DNA of 64,000 nt. Source: Octopus bimaculoides. Its lineage: Eukaryota. The notes below the pieces were generated by a model. That model saw only the letters and a list, made by a program, of their open reading frames with translations. It ran no database searches and was not told the origin of the DNA. Positions 61,040 through 64,000 of this stretch are shown in pieces (within the stretch, counting starts at the first letter, position 1; every line of letters begins with the position of its first letter). Location of the stretch: contig NC_068988.1 in NCBI RefSeq assembly GCF_001194135.2, forward strand, positions 76,851,498 to 76,915,497, written 5' to 3'. Position numbers and translations under genes: made by a program.

Positions 61040-61070
61040 CTAGCAGCTAAGCCCGGTTTCACCCGGTCTG
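61040..61070 (-). mobile_element. Helitron 3' terminus, same family as 27334
   Basis: actagcagctaagcccggtttcacccggtc versus actagcaactaagcccggtttcacccggtc. Confidence 0.75.
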
Positions 61071-61229
61071 TTTAGATGATGTGGCTGTGATCGTTTTCGG
61101 TTAGACATAATCTATAACAGCGTTTCTCAACCTTATTATTTCAGGTCCCCTGTTTCGATTGGAGCCTCCTGCTGTATGAAAATTTCCTGACTCCCCCCCA
61201 CCCACTGTCAGAAAACAGCTTCAAGAGTT

Positions 61230-62192
61230 GTGAAGAACGAATTTGTACGTAGTCTGTTTCTGAGAGCTATTCATAGAAAATGTGAGTGAGAAAGTAACCC
61301 AATTTGCTAAAGGAGTTAAAGAAGAGATTAAAAAAACAAGCCCAGAAGAAGAGCAAAGAAGAATGGGTAGAAAAATTGATGCATGGCTGACACCCATGTA
61401 GAGTGAACAAACCAGACGTAGAAAATGAGACACTCATGTATGGATGAAGAGCTCAGGACTGAAGGCTGAAACCGAAGGTTTTATCATAGCAGCACAAGAT
61501 CAAAACTTGGCAACCAGCTTACCACAACAAAATAATGAACGATGGCACTAACTCGAAATGCAGAATGTGTCATGAGCAGGATGAAACAGTGGACAACATC
61601 TTAACTGGATGCACAACGCTTGCAAAAACCAAATATATTCATAGACATGATAGAGTAGCACAATATATCCATTGGAAGATATGTAAACACTACCAGCATA
61701 AACCTGAAACTGTGACTGGAAAAGATGATGTAACAATACTCTGGGACTTGCCAATCAGCACCGATAAAGAAATCAAGGCAAACAGGCTGGACATAATTAA
61801 CAAAGATGGAAAGAATAAGAAATGCTTAATGGTAGATATGACAGTACCATCAGAGAGAAATGTGTCCATTAAAGAAATTGAGAAGTTATTTAAGTACAAA
61901 AACTTAGAAATGGAAGTGACCAAGATGTGGGGAATGAAAAGTAGCACAGCACCAGTGGTGATTGGAGTATTAGGGCTAATTAAAAAAGGCCTTGATAAGC
62001 AGATCAACAAACTCCCTTGCAGTGTTAACATGGGAGAACTTCAGAAAATAGTGTTGCTAGGTTCCGCACACATTTTACGCCTTGTACTCTCCGTGAGATG
62101 AGGACCTGCTGTGACCCTAGGGTCAAGGGATGACCCCGGTTCAGCAGAAGACAACGGACCATATTTTATTTTTTTAAAATAATAATAATAAT
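61230..62192 (+). mobile_element. R4/Dong-like RLE element 3' part ending in (AAT)n
   Basis: LKAETEGFIIAAQDQ; CRMCHEQDETVDNILTGC...RHDRV; ANRLDII...VDMTVP. Stop at 62101; AAT run 62178-62192. Confidence 0.9.
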
Positions 62193-62892
62193 AGCCAGAC
62201 TGCAGTAGTGAAGAAATCAAAATGTTAACCCCTACAAGTAATTAGTTGTTTCCTTGGGAATTATTCCTAATGGAGATATATTCATTGTTATTTGGCGCAA
62301 GTGTTTTCAATAACTTGAGAATTGTTAAAGCATTGCATCCCTATTTGAATGCAAACTGCTGTTTTTTATGGGTTGGTTGCCCATATGTCAACATATCAGT
62401 TTAACTAATTTTGTTTCTTATCAAAAGTTTACTCAACCTAAAATTTATTCCTTTGAATAGATAACAAATCCATTCTCTATGTGAAATTACCTATCAGTAT
62501 CAATGAAAATAAATTAACCCATGCTCACTCTATGAAGACCGACTGTATTTCTAACATGAATGAATATGGCATCAAAACTGTTTGGCAGTCAATTCCAAAC
62601 AGCATTCTTCTTGTGTTTCCATCAATAATTATTCTATCTTTAAATAATGTCTTCTCAATTATCAAAACCTTTTCTTAAAGCATATATCTCAACAAAATCT
62701 CTATTATTTCCATGACAAGCTCTGTTGTATGTGAATTTATTTATCTACTTCAGCATCTGATTATTCCTCTCCAGGAAGGATAGCAAAAGAGGAAAAAATG
62801 TTTTAAAAATCCAATAGTAAAAACATAATTTAAAAATGTAGGCCCCCAAGAATTAAAGTTTTATTTCCTGGAATTTTAACAATCTTTTATCT

Positions 62893-62896
<4 letters not shown>

Positions 62897-62945
<49 letters not shown>
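62897..62945. repeat. (CA)n microsatellite
   Basis: Direct reading. Confidence 0.95.
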
Positions 62946-62949
<4 letters not shown>

Positions 62950-63808
62950 TACCCATTTTTTCTCAAAAACAAATTATTTTTCTTCATTTCATGACATTCT
63001 TTGATCAGTTGACATATTCAACACTAAAATACAACCAAAATTCTTTGAACTAAAACTGATATTCCTTGTCTATGTAGCCAATGTATTGACTGCAAAAATG
63101 TTTTTGTTGATATTTTTCACTTGAGGCAGTAATCTGTTAAAATAAGTTTCTTATGAAACTTCCTCCCAGCTAGATCCATAACTTATTTTCTACTTCACAT
63201 CATCTTCAATGATTAAATTTCAACAAAGGGGTATTTTTTTTCTGTTTCATATTTATCTTTATTTATCCACATTTTATTTATTCTTCAACTGACAAGTATG
63301 TAGTACTTCATTTTGGCAGACATGTGTCTGAATTGGAAAGGAGAAATGGCAGAAACAACAGCAACAAGAACGACAACAATAACAACCACAATAATAATAG
63401 TAATAACAACAAAACTATAATAATAATCGATTTCTTCTACAAGCACTCCACCTCATATGTAAGAGAAAAGTGAGAAAGATATTATGTAACCTTTACATGT
63501 TCTCCAAAGAGATCAGAGATAAAAGTGTAGAGAAATGGCAATGTGCTGTTTGTAACTCAGTTAATAGTTGAGCTGTAAAACTTTTCATTTATAGTCCAGT
63601 ACATTCAGATTGAATGCTGTTCATGATTTTATTGAGTATATGAGCGTTTTTACTATCATCATTTAACATCCTTCTTTGATGCTGGCATGGGTTTGAACAG
63701 AACATAAATGAAGTGAAACAAATGTCAAATTGGGTTCTAAAGCTAGTTTGCTTAGCAGCAGCTTTTCTTTCAAATGCTTCACTGAAGTTGAATGCAGAAA
63801 TGATGATG

Positions 63809-63851
<43 letters not shown>

Positions 63852-63853
<2 letters not shown>

Positions 63854-64000
63854 GATAGTGCTCATGGGAACTGCCCATATCCTACGTAAAATACTGTCTA
63901 TGTGATCTCAAATTTTAAAGCAAACATAATTTTCTTATGGTTTCTTAAACATTCACTTGAACAAAACTGTACAAATCCAAATATATGGTACCCTAGGCAT
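63852..64000 (+). mobile_element. Severely 5'-truncated R4/Dong-like 3' end starting inside an (AAT)n array (63800-63851)
   Basis: KIVLMGTAHILRKILSM* matches the KIVLLGSAHILRLVLSVR* end at 62046-62101. Confidence 0.75.

Noticed and set aside
61118-61140. hAT-like terminus cagcgtttctcaacctt
   Set aside because: No matching opposite end or target duplication was found.

Overview
This is AT-rich eukaryotic DNA with about 12 assembly gaps. The SINE and LINE families look octopod (Octopus-like), which is an inference from recalled repeat families. The window is essentially a transposable-element graveyard: no intact protein-coding gene, rRNA/tRNA gene, CRISPR array or prokaryotic system is supported, and most ORF-track entries are microsatellite, N-run or decayed-TE artefacts. 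Recognisable content: (1) many RTE-clade LINEs, two near full length with a PHD-like finger in the RT region; (2) Penelope-like elements (RT plus GIY-YIG); (3) restriction-like-endonuclease LINEs (R4/Dong-like and Hero-like); (4) L1/Tx1 remnants; (5) Helitrons; (6) a complete but inactivated mariner, plus mariner derivatives; (7) a piggyBac remnant; (8) two tRNA-type SINE families; (9) MITE/foldback inverted repeats; (10) abundant microsatellites. Best leads: an R4/Dong-like LINE family whose insertions all abut (TATG)n and which appears to nest inside its own 3' UTR microsatellite; type I hammerhead-ribozyme folds with palindromic stem III and long stem II linked to Penelope-like termini; a conserved splice-acceptor/TATA architecture in an RTE 5' region; and a weak, phase-compatible chain of possible host exons on the minus strand. 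Many boundaries are approximate to a few tens of bases.
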